The translations under genes and the position numbers were made by a program. Under the pieces are notes generated by a model that was not told the origin of the DNA, made no database searches, and worked only from the letters and a program-made list of their open reading frames with translations. From Candidatus Bathyarchaeota archaeon (GTDB lineage: Archaea > Thermoproteota > Bathyarchaeia > Bathyarchaeales > Bathycorpusculaceae), in NCBI GenBank assembly GCA_963777155.1, contig CAVZPM010000031.1, forward strand, positions 1-64,000: a DNA stretch of 64,000 nucleotides. Reading direction: 5' to 3'. This document shows positions 62,470 to 64,000 of this stretch, in pieces. The first letter of the stretch is position 1, and each line of letters begins with the position of its first letter.

Positions 62470-62529
62470 GCAGCATTGGTCTTTAAACTATAAATATCCA
62501 GCAAACCATAGGTAAAAGCAAAGCTACGG

Positions 62530-63777
62530 GTGAATTTTTTGAGAATAGGCTTTTTTGTTTATGAATATCCTCCTCAACTGGTCGGAGGCTTAGGAACATA
62601 TGCTGAATACATCACTCAACAGTACGTTGACATTGGACATGACGTTTCAGTCTTTACTTTAAACAATAATGGTTTAAGAACCCGGGAAATAATGAAGGGT
62701 GTTGAAGTTCATAGACCCCAAATAGCTGATGCGACCAACGTCTGGCCCTTTTTTGTAGTTGACGACCTAAAAAAATGGGGCACCAACATCAAACTCTTCA
62801 ACGACATTTTTATCTACAACATTCTGAGCGCCACCAAACTAATTAACGACTTAATAAGAAAAGAAGGATACAATTTTGATGTAGTCTGTTGCCACGACTG
62901 GTTAAGTAGCATAGCAGGCTTAGTGGTTAAGAATGAAACTAAAATCCCAGTTATTTTTCACACTCATAGCACGGAGTGGGGAAGGAGCGGTGGACAAGGC
63001 TCCGAAGTTGTATCTCACCTTGAAAATGCAATAGCCCAGAACTCAGATAAAATCGTCACTGTAAGTTATAGTATGCAAGAAGATCTCATAAGACACGGTT
63101 GGCAATCGTCAAAAATCAGTGTGGTTTGGAATGGCGTGGATCCTAAACGGTATAACCCAGTCAACGTTCAGAAACAAGATGCCTTGGCGATAAGACGGAA
63201 ATACGGCGTTCCAGACGATTTTAACATGCTGCTTTTTGTTGGTAGACTAACGTGGGTGAAAGGTGTACGTAATCTTTTGCAGGCTATGCCGCTTGTTCTT
63301 AAAGAGTTCCCTAACACTAAACTGGTAATTCTAGGTAAAGGTGAAGAGCAAACCGATGTTGTGGAAACCGCTGAAAGACTCAACATTAAAGAAAACATCA
63401 TTTACAGATTTGACTTTGTCTCAGAAACCGAAAGAATCCTCCATTACGCGGCTGCAGATGTCTGCATTTTCCCGTCAATTTACGAGCCATTTGGGATTGT
63501 AAGTTTAGAGGCGATGGCTATGGAGAAACCAGTCGTTGTAGGCGCTCATGGAGTTGTCGGATTCAAAGAGCAGGTGGTAAATGGGGGGACAGATCAGACG
63601 GGAGTACACATCAACGGTGAAGACCCCTCTGACATAGCTTGGGGTATCAAGGAGACATTGCGGAATCCTGAGAAAGCAAAGAATTGGGGAGAGAACGGTC
63701 GCAGACGGGTACTGGAGTATTTTACTTGGCGAAAAGTTGCAGAGCAAACCATCAAAATCTACGAATCTCTACTATAA
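62530..63777 (+). CDS. GT4 glycosyltransferase (glycogen-synthase-like)
   Basis: EYPP..VGGLG, HDW, FVGRL..KG, YEPFGIVSLEAMA. Confidence 0.9.
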   Translation: MNFLRIGFFVYEYPPQLVGGLGTYAEYITQQYVDIGHDVSVFTLNNNGLRTREIMKGVEVHRPQIADATNVWPFFVVDDLKKWGTNIKLFNDIFIYNILSATKLINDLIRKEGYNFDVVCCHDWLSSIAGLVVKNETKIPVIFHTHSTEWGRSGGQGSEVVSHLENAIAQNSDKIVTVSYSMQEDLIRHGWQSSKISVVWNGVDPKRYNPVNVQKQDALAIRRKYGVPDDFNMLLFVGRLTWVKGVRNLLQAMPLVLKEFPNTKLVILGKGEEQTDVVETAERLNIKENIIYRFDFVSETERILHYAAADVCIFPSIYEPFGIVSLEAMAMEKPVVVGAHGVVGFKEQVVNGGTDQTGVHINGEDPSDIAWGIKETLRNPEKAKNWGENGRRRVLEYFTWRKVAEQTIKIYESLL

Positions 63778-63801
63778 AGAAAAGTAAAAAAGCAAATTGG
63801 T

Positions 63802-64000
63802 TTAGATTGACAGCATCTCTGCCACTTTTAGCAGCCTCAAATCCAGGTGCTTTCGGTTGTTAGCTGCCTTCTCAAGGTCAAAATGTGTGACTACGCCCCT
63901 CTCTAATCCAACTGCCATGTTGCTTTTTCCCTCACAGACCAATTCAACCGCTCTCTCAGCAAACAAACTAGCCAGCAACCTACTGCGTGCTGTTGGGCTT
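63802..64000 (-). CDS. pfkA: 3' end of a PfkA-family 6-phosphofructokinase (partial)
   Basis: Manual translation SPTARSRLLASLFAERAVEL..EGKSNMAVG...AEMLSI* resembles the Bacillus-type PfkA C-terminus. Confidence 0.7.
   Translation of the reverse strand, partial: SPTARSRLLASLFAERAVELVCEGKSNMAVGLERGVVTHFDLEKAANNRKHLDLRLLKVAEMLSI

Overview
Archaeal chromosomal window, most consistent with Bathyarchaeia (inference from aEF-1A, a short XPF, Trm1, fwdDBAC, TATA/GGTGA signals and the lineage-typical surface proteins). Main blocks: (1) tuf, membrane-anchored and secreted proteins, xpf and tRNA-Pro; (2) a ~20 kb metal-cofactor/redox cluster of fwdDBAC-fdhD-moeA, mobAB, modABC-modE, nfnAB and a PhoU-type regulator, followed by a LysR-linked dsrE-tusA-double-cubane protein-selD module; (3) ileS, two vapBC pairs bracketed by direct repeats, tRNA-Ala and a decayed tRNA-linked island; (4) a CBS protein and an aRF1 paralog that has lost the GGQ, NIKS and YxCxxxF motifs; (5) housekeeping genes (lysC, proC, trm1, glycosyltransferases, 3' end of pfkA). 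The best candidates for undescribed biology are the SelD/double-cubane/sulfur-carrier module with repeated LysR-type boxes, the GGS aRF1 paralog, and a pair of unannotated homologous microproteins. Several genes, including ileS, carry single-base frameshifts that look like assembly errors. All assignments come from reading motifs by eye; no database searches were run.
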